Positions 1 through 13,579 are shown, counted from the first letter of the stretch. The stretch: 64,000 nucleotides of DNA from Octopus sinensis (GCF_006345805.1 NC_043002.1:87978001-88042000); one strand, 5' to 3'. Notes: generated by a model not told the origin, from the sequence alone. Program-made: numbers and translations.

Positions 1-156
1 ATCGTCCCCAGTGCGTAACTGGTACTTAATTTATCGACCCCGAAAGGATGAAAGGCAAAGTCGACCTCGGCGGAATTTGAACTCGGAACGTAGCACCGGA
101 CGAAATACTGCTAAGCATTTCGCCCGGCGTGCTAACGTTTCTGCCATCTCGCCGCC
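1..156 (-). mobile_element. SINE family A copy, truncated by the window start
   Basis: Shares the motif gaccccgaaaggatgaaaggcaaagtcgacctcggcggaatttgaactc with many other copies in the window. Confidence 0.8.
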
Positions 157-159
157 TTG

Positions 160-335
160 ATTTGCATATGTACTGACTTTAAGTACTTGCACATATATAC
201 ACATAAATGCACAACTACCTTGCTGGTGTCGTTGACATTCCAAAGTGGTAGCTTTGGATCTAAGAAACCAGCTCTTTCTCCATTTGACAAGAAACTTAGA
301 AATAAAACTAACATGCATACACACACAAACACACA
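160..335 (+). mobile_element. 3' UTR fragment of an RLE-type non-LTR retrotransposon, followed by (TACA)n
   Basis: Its reverse complement aligns by eye with 49040-49220 and 49705-49810, which adjoin RLE C-terminal coding remnants; ends in aataaa then the microsatellite. Confidence 0.55.
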
Positions 336-420
336 TACATACACATACATACATACATACATACATACATACATACATACATACATACATACATACATAC
401 ATACATACGTACGTACATAC
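315..420. repeat. (CA)n/(TACA)n microsatellite
   Basis: Directly visible. Confidence 0.95.
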
Positions 421-1727
421 TCATACTACTTCTACATACGAACACATGTTTATAAACAAAGATTAGCTATCTCTCTAGTGCACGCTTCCTTCTCTACATT
501 AGTAACCTTTTAGCATCTTTGTTACTGTATATAAATGACGCACCTGCACAGATAAAATCTACCCCCGCTTCCACACCTTCCATCTTACTTTACACATACC
601 TCATCGACTTACTACGACCACGACCATGACAACAACCACACTAACAACAACACCACCACGCGGCATGTACAGGCATGTCAGAGCCAAACTGACAATCCTG
701 TTTCATTCAGTAGCAACAACAGCTTTCATGGAAAGAAAACCGATGGACTAATTTAATGAAAGCCAATCAGCTAATGAGAGAGCCAACATCTAAGCGGTTG
801 CTTGACCTGCTAGAAATAGCAAGCAACCAACCGAATGTCAACCAAATCATACCCCACTGTCTTCAAAATTTGAAAGTATAGTCCTAAATATATCGAATAA
901 AAACAGGATCGTAACCATCAGATCAGCTGGGTTATAGGAACGCTATACAACAACAGCAAAAACAACAATAATAACAAATACACCTTTACGACCCCATTAA
1001 TCAATACTAAGCTAAAATCAGAAATTTTGAAACGAACCTCTACCTGATCGCACTATCTACTAAAAATAGCACCCGAACCTCCCTCAAATTACATCCTACC
1101 GTTTGGCAGTAGAAAAAGGAAGGACACAGATAATGTGATCATATTAAGGCCTTGAGAACGGTTATTTTAAGTCAATATTGATGGCTGAGGTTATAAGATT
1201 TGCTCTGTTATTCCAAGTCAATGGAGTAGCCTGTATGTGGTCGCTTAACCAGCAAGAGATATCAGCCAAATACCCCTCAATTACTTGCTACCATCTTAGG
1301 AAAACTACGGAATGTCTGAAATAACAATGTGATGGTTGTGGTAGCTGGAGTGTCTTGGCTCTATTTATTCAGAGCAGACTTGAGGCTACAAACCTACAAT
1401 AAAACAGCAAACATTTCATCATTGGCAAGATTGCATCCCAGAAGCAGGGTTTCCTCTTCATTGTCTGTAAAACTACTGATGTCATTCAAGTATGAATACC
1501 CTCTTCACAGAAATATTTCTAAAACAACTAGGAATATACACACCAATCATATATCATGTACGTTATACTAGATGGTTTCAAAAAAATGGGCGGAAAGAGA
1601 AAACACTTAATTTCCTCTGTTTAGCAACACCAAATTTCTGATCATTTTATACACATTATGGTATGTTCATCCTTTCGTTTATAAAAGGAATATATAAAAG
1701 GATCATGAATGCCGGAAGAAAAGTCAG

Positions 1728-1772
1728 CTCTCGGCTGAAGACTGCAGTAGCTTGAAACTAGAGTTCCGAGAG
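1728..1772 (+). ncRNA. Type I hammerhead ribozyme motif (C3-G8 core, degenerate stem II)
   Basis: ctctcgg-CTGAAGA-ctgcagtagctt-GAAA-c-taga-gt-t-ccgagag: perfect 7-bp stem I, canonical core, minimal stem III, N17=U; stem II has only 2 bp. Confidence 0.6.
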
Positions 1773-1867
1773 AATCAAAATCAAAATTTCTATAAATATT
1801 TGACTCCACAATATTAATTATTCATTATATACTCTCTTCCGAATTCAGTGTTACATTAAAATATCTA

Positions 1868-1908
<41 letters not shown>

Positions 1909-2357
1909 ACACACACACACATACACACACACAACACATATGCATACACTCGTACACACATACATGCACACACATACATTTATACGTACATGTATTTGTG
2001 TGTGTGTGGTATGTATATATGCATGTATATGGGAATATATGGATATATGGAGATATGTATATGCGTGTATTTATGTCGGGATCACTTTAGAGTGCTACTT
2101 GTAACTTGTTATCCAGTACAACCTGCTGTTTGACTGGGTCGTTGGTGACTAAACTGGCAACCCCATCAAGCATGCTAGGTAAGGAAATGATCTTTGGACG
2201 CCTTCTGAGATTAAAATTAAAACCCGTTAGAGTGTGGAAGAAAATATATGAGTCAATGGTCATCCAGTTGTGGACAGATATGCTTCTTTCAAATCCTTGT
2301 GACTTTTAGTTAGCCTTTGGTGGGAAAAGTCTTTGTGAAGGCCTTTTGAAATTAAAC

Positions 2358-2446
<89 letters not shown>

Positions 2447-2521
2447 GGGTAGATGGGTAGATAGATAGATAGATAGATAGATGGGTAGATAGATAGATAG
2501 ATAGATGGGTAGATAAATGGG

Positions 2522-2569
<48 letters not shown>

Positions 2570-2639
2570 CAAATAGACAGACACATAGACAGACAGACAA
2601 ACAGACAGACAGATAGATAACAAGAGAAATATACTGTGA

Positions 2640-2712
<73 letters not shown>

Positions 2713-2783
2713 CAAATAGACAGACACATAGACAGACAGACAAACAGACAGACAGATAGATAACAAGAGAAATATACTGTGAA
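2358..2783. repeat. (GATA)n/(GACA)n compound microsatellite containing an internal duplicated unit
   Basis: gacaaatagacagacacatag...aacaagagaaatatactgtgaa occurs twice (about 2567-2640 and 2711-2783). Confidence 0.95.
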
Positions 2784-2874
2784 AAATTATTTGACCATTG
2801 TAAATTTTTATTTAACGACAACTTTCACAACTTTGTAAACATGTGTAGATAATTTATTTTATCATACTTTATCA

Positions 2875-3237
2875 TCTCTATATATATAAACGGCAAAATG
2901 TCTGCGTGTGTGTCCTGTATACAAATCCACAATTTTTTAGTTAGAGAGCTCGCACTTTCTATGGTCATTCAAAACCATCCAAGGGTGGTTGTGCACAACT
3001 TTACATTTCCCCAGTCACCCCGCAAAGCAATTAAAAAATCAATAGAAGTGACTTTTTGTGAATTTTCTATCCAAAACCCAATCAAAATTATCGAAATTTG
3101 ATACACCAATTGAATGCCAGCTAGCTGTATGTGATTGGTCGGAGATTTGGACAGTACTCACGTGTATGTGCGCACGCACGCAGCTGTATATGCATGCACT
3201 AGCACTATGACCCGGCGTTGCCGGATCATAGTGCTAG
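2875..3237 (+). mobile_element. Non-autonomous Helitron (363 bp)
   Basis: 5' TC(TC)TATATATATAAA; 3' GC hairpin cactatgacccggcgttgccggatcatagtg; terminal CTAG; inserted between A and T; copies at 4322-4684 and 32728-33095. Confidence 0.85.
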
Positions 3238-3416
3238 TAAGTAATAAATTACTTACATGGCTGCATTAATATACATATACAATCCTTAAATTAAAGTAGC
3301 TATTAAGCAAGTTCTTCAGGTTAAAAGAAATCCATATCAAAAATAATAGTTCAACATAATGTTTCAAAAACGTATTAGCTTGTTTTTGAAACGTTATGTT
3401 GAGGTAATATTTTTAA

Positions 3417-3646
3417 TTCTTTTATTCTTTTGCATGTTTCAGTCACTCGACTGCGGTCATGCTGAAGCACCAACTTAAAGAGATTTTAGTAGAAGAAATA
3501 GACCCCATGTAAGCCAGGTATTTATTCTGTCTTTCTCTTTTGCCGAACCGCTAAGTTACGGAGACGTAAACACACCAACATCGGTTGTCATGCGATGGTG
3601 GGGGAACAAATACACACACAAAGACACGTACATATAAATAAATACG

Positions 3647-3718
<72 letters not shown>

Positions 3719-3885
3719 CATACATATACGACGGGCTTCTTTCAGCTTCCGTCTACCAAATCCACTCACAAGGCTTTGGTCGGCCCGAGGTTATAGTAGA
3801 AGACACTTGACAAAGGTGCTACAAAGTGGGACTGAATCTGGAACCATGTAGTTGGGAAGCAAGCTCCTTATTACACAGCTACGCA
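3417..3885 (-). mobile_element. SINE family B (tRNA-like head, internal AT/GT microsatellite)
   Basis: Full family body including gacccggaaccatgtagttggg-like head and ggcaaaagagac/gtcaaatgactgaaac tail shared with other copies. Confidence 0.8.
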
Positions 3886-4321
3886 TGGGTTTCTTTTAAC
3901 CAGAAGAGCTAGCTTAATAGCTATTTTAATTTAAAGATTTTATATTAATGCAAACATTAAGTAATTTATCACTTATAATAAAATAAATTATCTATACGTG
4001 TTTATTAAGCTGCGAAACAATTGTCGTTAAATAAGAATTTCCAGTGGTAAAATAAATTTTATGATAGTATATTTCCCTTGTTATCCATAATTTTATACAC
4101 TCCGTATGTTTTTCTTTTGTAGAATGATACATTAAGGAACTTTCATTATGAGTACCACCGAATTGGCTGAATCCATATATTGTGATTTAAATCAATACAT
4201 ATATACCAACATTTTTTCTACGCCATTAATTCATTTGCTTCACTAATCTCTTCCTATTTTTTTACAATACTGCGCTTGACATTTTTCTCCTATTTCATTT
4301 CTTTCTTGTTTTATTCTCCAA

Positions 4322-4684
4322 CTAACACTATGACCCGGCGTTGTCTGGTCATAGTGCTAGTGCATGCATATACAGCTGGTGTGTGCGCACATACACGCAA
4401 GTACTGTCCAAATCTCCGACCAATCACATATAGCTAGCTGGCATTCAATTGGCGCATCAAGTTTCGGCCATTTTGATTGGGTTTTGGATAGAAAATTCAC
4501 AAAAAAGTCACTTCTATTGATTTTTTAATTGCTTTGCGGGGTGACTGGGGAAATGTAAAGATATGCACGACCACCCTTGGACGGTTTTGAATGACCATAG
4601 AAAGTGCGAGCCCTCTAACTGAAAAATTGTGGATTTGTATAAAGAACACACACACAGACATTTTGCTGTTTATATATATAGAGA
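4322..4684 (-). mobile_element. Non-autonomous Helitron, inverted copy
   Basis: Reverse complement of 2875-3237; 3' end reads TTAG (mutated CTAG); hairpin retained; A|T insertion site. Confidence 0.85.
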
Positions 4685-4928
4685 TTCCTAATGTCGTAAT
4701 CAGTTTAATGGCGTAAACTATATTCCTATATACAGTTATTTTAAGTTGTTATATGCACAAATATGGAGATCATAAATTGTTCCGGTGTTGAAGAGATGCT
4801 AGCATATCCGACGCTCATTTGTATCTCAGTTATGATTATTGCCTGCCGATTTAATGTTACTATTGTAAAAATGAGTTCAGTACATATATACATGCTTTCT
4901 AGCGATTTAATAAGTAACTCTCACTTAC

Positions 4929-5079
4929 TTTATATTGACATTATATGAAGAGGAGTTAAGCAGTGATATGTTCCTATATAGTAATGAAACAGGTTGGTCC
5001 TGTTCTCATCTCAAACTGTCGAAAAACCATCATGACCAAAATTCATAGCCAGATCAAGCAATACTGATATGACTATGTG

Positions 5080-5111
<32 letters not shown>

Positions 5112-5165
5112 TGTATGTATGTATGTATGTATGTATGTATGTATGTATGTATGTATGTATGTATG

Positions 5166-5199
<34 letters not shown>

Positions 5200-5265
5200 T
5201 GTATGTATGTATGTATGAATATATAAATATATATATAAGCAGATAGATAGATAGATAGATAGATG

Positions 5266-5354
<89 letters not shown>

Positions 5355-5390
5355 TAGATAGATAGATAGTAGATAGATAGATAGATGGTG

Positions 5391-5449
<59 letters not shown>

Positions 5450-5679
5450 CATTACTCAAAAAATTCTTTCTCTGATTTTTCACGTTTTATTTGCAATCTT
5501 AAAATAATATAAGATACTGTAATATAATGAATGATAGGATACTAAATGTCCATTCTGGTGGAACTAGTGATTTCATGCATTAAACTATGCAATCTTCAGG
5601 TTCAAATGGTAGTGATGACAGTTATGTTTTACAACTAACAACTGACAATCATACACACCCGTCTGTGTGTGTGTAGAGG

Positions 5680-5715
<36 letters not shown>

Positions 5716-6260
5716 CATACATATACATACATACATACATACATACATACATACATACATACATACATACATACATACGTAAATTCGTCAATATAGCTTA
5801 TCACATATATATTTCTTTGATTATCAAATCAAGAACAGAGCCGAGAGTAAGTCAGAAGTGTGAATCATGGAAAGAAGCCAAAAACTTGAATGAAACTAAT
5901 TAGAAAAAATATTATTATTTTGTTCTCTAAAATATTATTATATGTTACACAATCTTATCTGCACATTCCTGCAGGACTGAAAGACTATTGGTCTGTTAAC
6001 AATGCCCATTATACTCTGTTTATTGTAAGATCTCATTGGTATTCTCAATACAGCTTGGAAGTTTCCTCGCGTGTTATTAATACGCAAATAGTAATTTAAA
6101 GATACAAATACAACAGAGAAAAAACTTTTACACCAATGGTTTAATGATAAATAAAGAAAGCGACAAATGATTCTACTAATGAGATTTTGTCATTGCTTTT
6201 TTTGCCTCAAGTTCATTCATTTTACTGATTTCGATATTCATTCGATTAGAAATACAACAG
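4929..6260 (-). CDS. Three candidate small exons of an unidentified minus-strand gene (6226-6260, 5456-5516, 4929-4973)
   Basis: Each has AG/GT boundaries and one open frame, and the phases are mutually compatible (2-1, 1-2, 2-2), giving CCISNRMNIEIISYIILRLQIKREKSEKEFFENISLLNSSSYNVNI. No homology recognised. Confidence 0.35.
5075..5450. repeat. (TATG)n-(GATA)n-(TA)n compound microsatellite
   Basis: Directly visible. Confidence 0.95.
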
Positions 6261-6358
6261 CTAGGAAGAAAGAAATACTCGCACGCACACCCAGCCAGAC
6301 ATGCTTACATATATAGATATAATTATGTACTTTTTAGTATGTTGTGTGTGTATGTATA

Positions 6359-6436
<78 letters not shown>

Positions 6437-6437
<1 letters not shown>

Positions 6438-7884
6438 TCAACCACCTCCCTAAAACAGTAAATGAGAAAACCCTTCTAGTATCATTCGACGTAGTTAATC
6501 TTTATTCTAACATCCCTCACAACCTAGGAATAGAAGCAATCACCTTCTGGCTGAATAACTACCCCTTTGAACTCCCAACTCGCATAAACAAAGACCTTAT
6601 AATAGAAGGACTTAGATTCATTTTAGAGAACAATTATTTTATTTTTGACAATGATTTCTACAGGCAAAGATCGGGAACAGCGATGGGCACGCGTACTGCA
6701 CCATCTTTTGCCAACCTAGTGATGGGATACCTCGAGAAAATACTATACCGGATGACACTCGAGAAATATGGAAACACCTTCGCCACCTATATCCATAACA
6801 ACTGGAAAAGATACCTCGATGACTGTTTCATCATCTGGGACAAAGGCATAGAGAAACTTGAGGAATTTAAAATTCTATTAAATGGAATAAATGACAATAT
6901 ACAATTCACGATGGACCACAACGAAAAAGAATTACCATTTTTAGACATCCTCATTAAGAAAACCGGCAACAAAATAGAGACAGATATCTACTATAACCGA
7001 CAGACTCTAAACAGTACCTACCCTTTGATTCATGCCACCCACGACACACTAGAATGAATGTCCCTTTTTGTTTAGCTAGAAGGATTTGCACCATAATATC
7101 AGACACAAACACCCGACACACACGTCTCCAGGAACTTAGAACCACACTCACAAATAGAAACTATCCACAGCCCCTAATAGACAGTGCAATCCAACGGGTA
7201 CTTAAATTAAGTATAGAAGACCTGAGACAAACAAAACCAAAAAAGAAAGAACAATTAAAAACCCTTCCCTACATCTCTACACACAACCCACTCAACAATG
7301 AGGCCTTCAACACCATACTACAAAGCACAGCCCTACTAAAGGGAGACCCAAAGATGAACCGGATCCTCGAAACACACACCATCATTAAAAGTAAACGGCA
7401 ACCAAAATCCTTGAAAAGGATTTTAACCCAAGCTACACTGCACTCAACATCAACCACAAAACCAGCAGTTAGAAAATGTGGAAGGCCCAACTGCGGAATC
7501 TGTGTCATCTTGAAAGAAGGATCAGAATTTATACTGGAACAAGGCCACCGGTTCACCATTAGAACAAACTTCACCTGCGCATCAGAAAACTTAATTTACA
7601 TCATAACATGCGCAGGCTGCAATAGGCAGTATATAGGCCATACAAAAAATAGCTTACGTAACAGGATGGCGGTGCATAAATCACAAATTAGAAACCCTGA
7701 TTACCGCAAAATACCGGTCAGCGGACACATAGATAGATGTGCTGGAAATGTAAATCCGAAATTTACAACTAACCCGCTCTATAAATTCAGTGACAACGCA
7801 ACCTTCACACAACGCCAAAATAAAGAACTATATTTCATAAAAAAATTTAGACCAAGTTTAAACACCCTGGGCCAGGAATACTAA
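6437..7884 (+). pseudogene. PLE reverse transcriptase + GIY-YIG endonuclease ORF with one 1-nt frameshift near 6996
   Basis: ORFs 6344-7057 and 7054-7884 join if one A is restored (YYKPTDSKQYLPFDSCHPRHTRMNVPF); no other lesion seen; the N-terminus is missing. Confidence 0.88.
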
Positions 7885-8051
7885 AACAAAAGATAAGTCC
7901 TCCGAAAAGGAGAACCAAATTTCACCACGGCCGCTACTTCAAACAGACACTCACTCTGACGGAAATATGCCTTAGTAAAAAAGGAAAAAAATTCTTTCGT
8001 GCAAATCTGACCCTGATACATACGATACAGCTATGGGTCAGACCCGATTCT

Positions 8052-8447
8052 GATTGGTCAACAAGTTGATGACGTCTAGCTCTGCTAGAATGGACAGCAT
8101 ACAAACAGGGGACAGTCATTAGTCAGAATATTGATGACGTCCTTTTCTGCTTGAATAGTCACCTAACAAGTACAGACAGGGGGCAGATCTAATGTAGCTA
8201 TAAGTCGTGATTGGGCAGAATCTGGATGACGTCCCGCTATGCTTGACTAACGAAGCGACTGGTTAAGACAGGAAACAAACAAGAGGGAGTTATAATGCAG
8301 CGATTGGTCAAAATAATGATGACGTCCCGTTCCACTTGGTTAAAGCCACCTAACGAAACGATTGGTCAAAACATTGATGACGTCACGCTACGCTAGATTG
8401 ACCACCTAACAGGCATTATAAAACCGAGCATTTCACAAAAACTCACT
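8052..8447 (+). promoter_or_regulatory. Array of five GATTGGTCA-N7-GATGACGTC modules followed by TATA and Inr
   Basis: Modules at 8052, 8117, 8209, 8302 and 8360 (two with single variants); TATAAAA at 8417-8423; TCACT with A at 8445 (+28 from TATA). Confidence 0.7.
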
Positions 8448-8745
8448 AGAACCCCCAGCGAACTTCCACCATGGGTCATCACAATTGCTTAAGGTAAAAA
8501 TGAATTCCTCGCTCTTTCGGAAACATCAATCTTCTGTATTGACCGCTTTCCACCACTTTGATCTGTTTTTTGTATTGAATACGTATCGCCACCGTGGGCC
8601 ACTGCATCGAACACTTTGAACATATACTTCAAACTATATATCAACTATACATGAACTATATATCAACTATACATGAACTCTAAGATGTCTGACTCCGTTG
8701 TGTAGTATAAATGAATTTCTTGTGTTTGACGGCATGAGCTGTCTC

Positions 8746-8816
8746 TTTTTATATATAACTTTTTTTGATAAGGTTCATTTCAGGAACTGAAACATGTTAT
8801 AATGTATATATAAAAA
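8746..8816 (+). ncRNA. Degenerate minimal hammerhead (U3-A8 variant) at the 3' end of the Neptune element
   Basis: TTGATAA-ggttc/atttcag/gaact-GAAA-ACATGT palindrome-U17; distal stem I tttttatatata/tatatataaaaa; proximal stem I is mismatched. Confidence 0.45.
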
Positions 8817-8899
8817 TTAAAAATTGTATAATACAGCAGCATTTTCGAACTTCATTTTTTACAAATATATATATATATATGAGAAAAAGAAGAAAATGG

Positions 8900-9170
8900 A
8901 GAAATTGACATATAAACATCAGGTTATTCCAAGATATTCAAATCAATATAATATGAAATTCTTATCTCTACGGCCGTTTCTATGGCTAATTAATTCAATT
9001 AGAGAAATTAAATTACATTAAAATTTTCATATTGAAAATGGGTCATTTGGTAGATCATCAGGGTAGAATTTGCCAGAAAGGAGTTACATCCCAACGTGTT
9101 AGTCGACCCTTGACAGACTTCGATGTGTGCGTTTTGGCAATGTATACATTTAACAAAACCGTTATTCGCA
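8900..9170 (+). repeat. Dispersed repeat with hammerhead-like remnant; inverted homologue at 13030-13310
   Basis: About 270 bp alignable by eye; the 13-kb copy carries cGAAACTGGT; the core is decayed. Confidence 0.55.
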
Positions 9171-9204
9171 TATGTATATATATATATATATATAAACAAA
9201 CATG

Positions 9205-11230
9205 TTTGAACTAGTACCTATGAGGTAATAGATTGGTTTAATAGCATTAAATATAAAGCTAGGAATAAATTCATGCAAATAGATATTGATAGTTATTACT
9301 CTTCGATAACCAAGTAATTTTAAACAATGCCCTTTTATTCGCGAAAAAAGTCGAATATAAATGTGAATGAAATTAATGATATTTTGGCTGCCAGAAGAAC
9401 CATTATAGAGTTTGAAAACAAATAGTTGCGATGCCTTCGATATAGCCATGGGCTCCGCAGATTCTGCCCACGTAACAGATACGGTTGGTATTTATATTCC
9501 TTTTATTCCTGAACTTGCAGGGGGTTTATATAGAGATGATGCCCTTTTTACCATTAGGAACCTATCTAATAGGAAACTTGAACTATATAAGAAGAAATTG
9601 TACAGAATTTTAAAGAGTTTTGAACTCTCTATAATGATAGAAAATGAACATGAATTCGTTAACTTCCTGGACGTTAATCTTAATCTCATTATTGGCTATT
9701 ATGAACCATACCACACGCCTGACTCCAATCTTAAGTATACAATTGTCAGAAGTAATCATCCTGGTTCTGTTAAAGATGTTTTAGTTTATAATACCTCTAA
9801 AAGAATTTCTTATCTATTGTCTATCGTCTAATTTACGACAAAAATGCTGACTATTATAATATGGCACTCAGTAAAGCTGGATATAAACGAAAATTGAAGT
9901 ATTATCCTAAAAATATAAATATTAGTATCTCTAAAAACATGTATGCTTTTTATGTTAGTAATACTTTTAAACGAACTGGCAGGAATAGGAATAAGAATAA
10001 AGTAAGTAAGGATAAATGTTCAAATGGGAGTAATTGTATACAAGATACGGGAGCCAATGTAATACTTCGTTCATCTTATTGTCCTCATATGATTAGGAAA
10101 GTGAATAATGGAATAAAGAACAAACCCCTTATATATCTGATAAGGTTCGAAAATTTGAAAATTATAATATATCTCCTGGTAAGAACGACATTATTTGGTT
10201 TATAATTCTAAGCAAAGTAAAAATAATTTGGTTGAGGCGTTATACAAAACTTTTCTCTAAACACATTACAAAGGAAAGTAGATATTACGATATACTTAAC
10301 CCTACGTTTCTTAAAGTTGTCTTTTCTGTATCAAATATTTTGTCCCAAATTATATCTTCAATTAACGAAAGAAAGTTATCTATTTTCCGTAACAATTATA
10401 ACCGTTTTAAATGCAACAATAGTAATGTTCCTGGAATAAATGTTAGTAAAAAAATGTGCACCTGAGTCACCTAGTGTACGACGATTTCATCTCAATCGAA
10501 GGAGAGGAGCTTTCTCCGTCCGGGTTGCGGATCCGTGGAACAAGCTGCCAGACGAGATGGTGAAGATGCCGACGACCGCTTTGTTCAAAGCCTCCCTTGA
10601 CCTCAAGTGGCCTGAACTCTTTACATGAACACCATCCTGTACTTAACTCCATGTCTCCCTACATGGCCTTGCTATTTGCTTTTGAGCCAAATTAACTAAC
10701 TAACTAACTAACTAACCCAAGTAAAATCCCATCTCAAACTCTGGAATATAGGTGACTTGGTAAATAGCAACGGAACGACATAAAACAAAATAATAGTATG
10801 AGTAGTAATGTAAATATATTTTGTGATTGCAAGGTTAGAAGTAAACGTTTATTTCGAAATTATTGTAAGCAAAAAAATGTTTTTTACAGATTAAAGTTAA
10901 ATCTGAAGGAAAGGGTTTCTTTTACATAGGGGCAACGCAAAGTTTTATCATGAAGTGCATCTCTAATCACATTTACACTTTTAATAATAGGAACAGGTGT
11001 TCTCGTACCAGCCTCAGTAAATTTATTTGGAGCTTGAAAGACAAGAAAAGAAGTTTTTTTTTCTGTGGAGTGGGAGATTGTAAGCAAGGATGTTGCTTAT
11101 AAGGTTGGAAACTCCTTTTGCTTTCTGTGCGTCGAAGAATTGTACCAAATCCTATATTCTAGGCGGCGCCTTTTAAATACATGGATTGAGACTGGTTTTT
11201 CATATGTTCACGCATGTAAATGGGCTTTCA
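9205..11230 (+). mobile_element. Degenerate Naiad-type Penelope-like element (RT + C-terminal GIY-YIG), interrupted by a CR1 fragment
   Basis: IDWFNSIK..QIDIDSYYSSIT, FDIAMGSADSA, GLYRDDAL, VNFLDV, SNHP; after 10718, FYIGATQ..SLSKFIWSLK..EWEI..CFLC. Many stops and frameshifts. Confidence 0.8.
10457..10717 (+). mobile_element. CR1-clade LINE 3' end with (TAAC)n tail
   Basis: RRGAFSVRVADPWNKLPDEMVKMPTTALFKASLD matches the CR1 ORF2 C-terminal pattern; tandem taac tail; GC-richer than its flanks. Confidence 0.8.
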
Positions 11231-11867
11231 AAAACTGACATTAAATATATTATTATCATAAATAAATTAATTATGTTAAAACTGCTAGTACTTAGAATAG
11301 GTCGGTATTTTCGTGTTTAATACACTAACATCTGTAACTATACGAATAAAGAATTCTTACTAGATATCATAGAAATATTAAATGTTATATTAAATATCAA
11401 TATTTCATCTTAAATTCAAGAAAGGAGACTGATTTTTTCCTACATTCACACATGGCTGTGGGTGTTCAAAACCTGGCATCAGTTATATTACTATTATAAA
11501 TAATTATATATTTTAAAGCTACTAGAACTTTGAATCTGTCAATATTTCTCGCTTTATTACACTAGCATCCGTAAATATAAGGATTAAAGAGTGCTTAGTA
11601 GATATAATATTGATATAAAAATATTTATTAAATAGTAAAAATGTATATTAGGTTTTCTGCACAGGTAGCAGTATAATTTGTGGTTTCTATGGATGTAATT
11701 AAGCACGTTTCTCATGAATATGATGTTGATATATATTTTATAATTATAATTCATTAAACTAAGTCAAAAGTAAAATATATCGATTTTGTAGTAGTTGTAC
11801 CGTTAGTAACTTAGGTTTTTATACAAAATTTTTAGCAATTGGATTTGGTAAGGTTTACGTTTTCTAT

Positions 11868-13022
<1,155 letters not shown>

Positions 13023-13443
13023 TAGATATGCTAACAACGGATTTTTTTTTTAATGCATACATTACCAAAACGCACACATCTGAATCTGTCATGGGTCGAC
13101 CAACACAATGGAATGTAAGTCCTTTCTGGTAATTTGCCCCCCGATGAAATAACCAGTTTCGATATGAAAATTTTAAATTAATTTAATTTAATTCCTCTAC
13201 TTGGCTATGGAAACGGCTTTAGGGATAAAAACGTCATATTACATTGATTTGAATATCTTTGAATAAACTATTGTCTATAAGTAAATTTTTTATTTTCTTC
13301 TTTTTCTCATTCATAAATAATTTAAATACACATATCCATCAATGCAAAACTAACGTATTTTGTTTTTCATTGAACACCGGTAGAAACCGGAGAACAAGGA
13401 TGCAAACATCCCTTAAAGGATTATAGGTCATTGGCATAATTGA

Positions 13444-13444
<1 letters not shown>

Positions 13445-13495
<51 letters not shown>

Positions 13496-13524
13496 GAGAC
13501 AGACAGACAGACAGACAGACACAC

Positions 13525-13579
<55 letters not shown>

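Larger units (their letters stand above)
6437..8816 (+). mobile_element. Penelope-like retroelement, Neptune-type, 5'-truncated, starting inside (TA)n and retaining its 3' pseudo-LTR
   Basis: RT motifs (SFDVVNLYSNI, GTAMG, RYLDDCF, FLD), a CxxxxCxxC knuckle and GIY-YIG (NLIYIITCAGCNRQYIG), followed by a non-coding 3' region with a promoter array and a hammerhead remnant. Confidence 0.9.

Noticed and set aside
8052-8385. CRISPR-like repeat-spacer array
   Set aside because: The context is eukaryotic, the repeats are degenerate with a variable middle, spacer lengths are irregular and there are no cas genes; it is better explained as transcription-factor modules.
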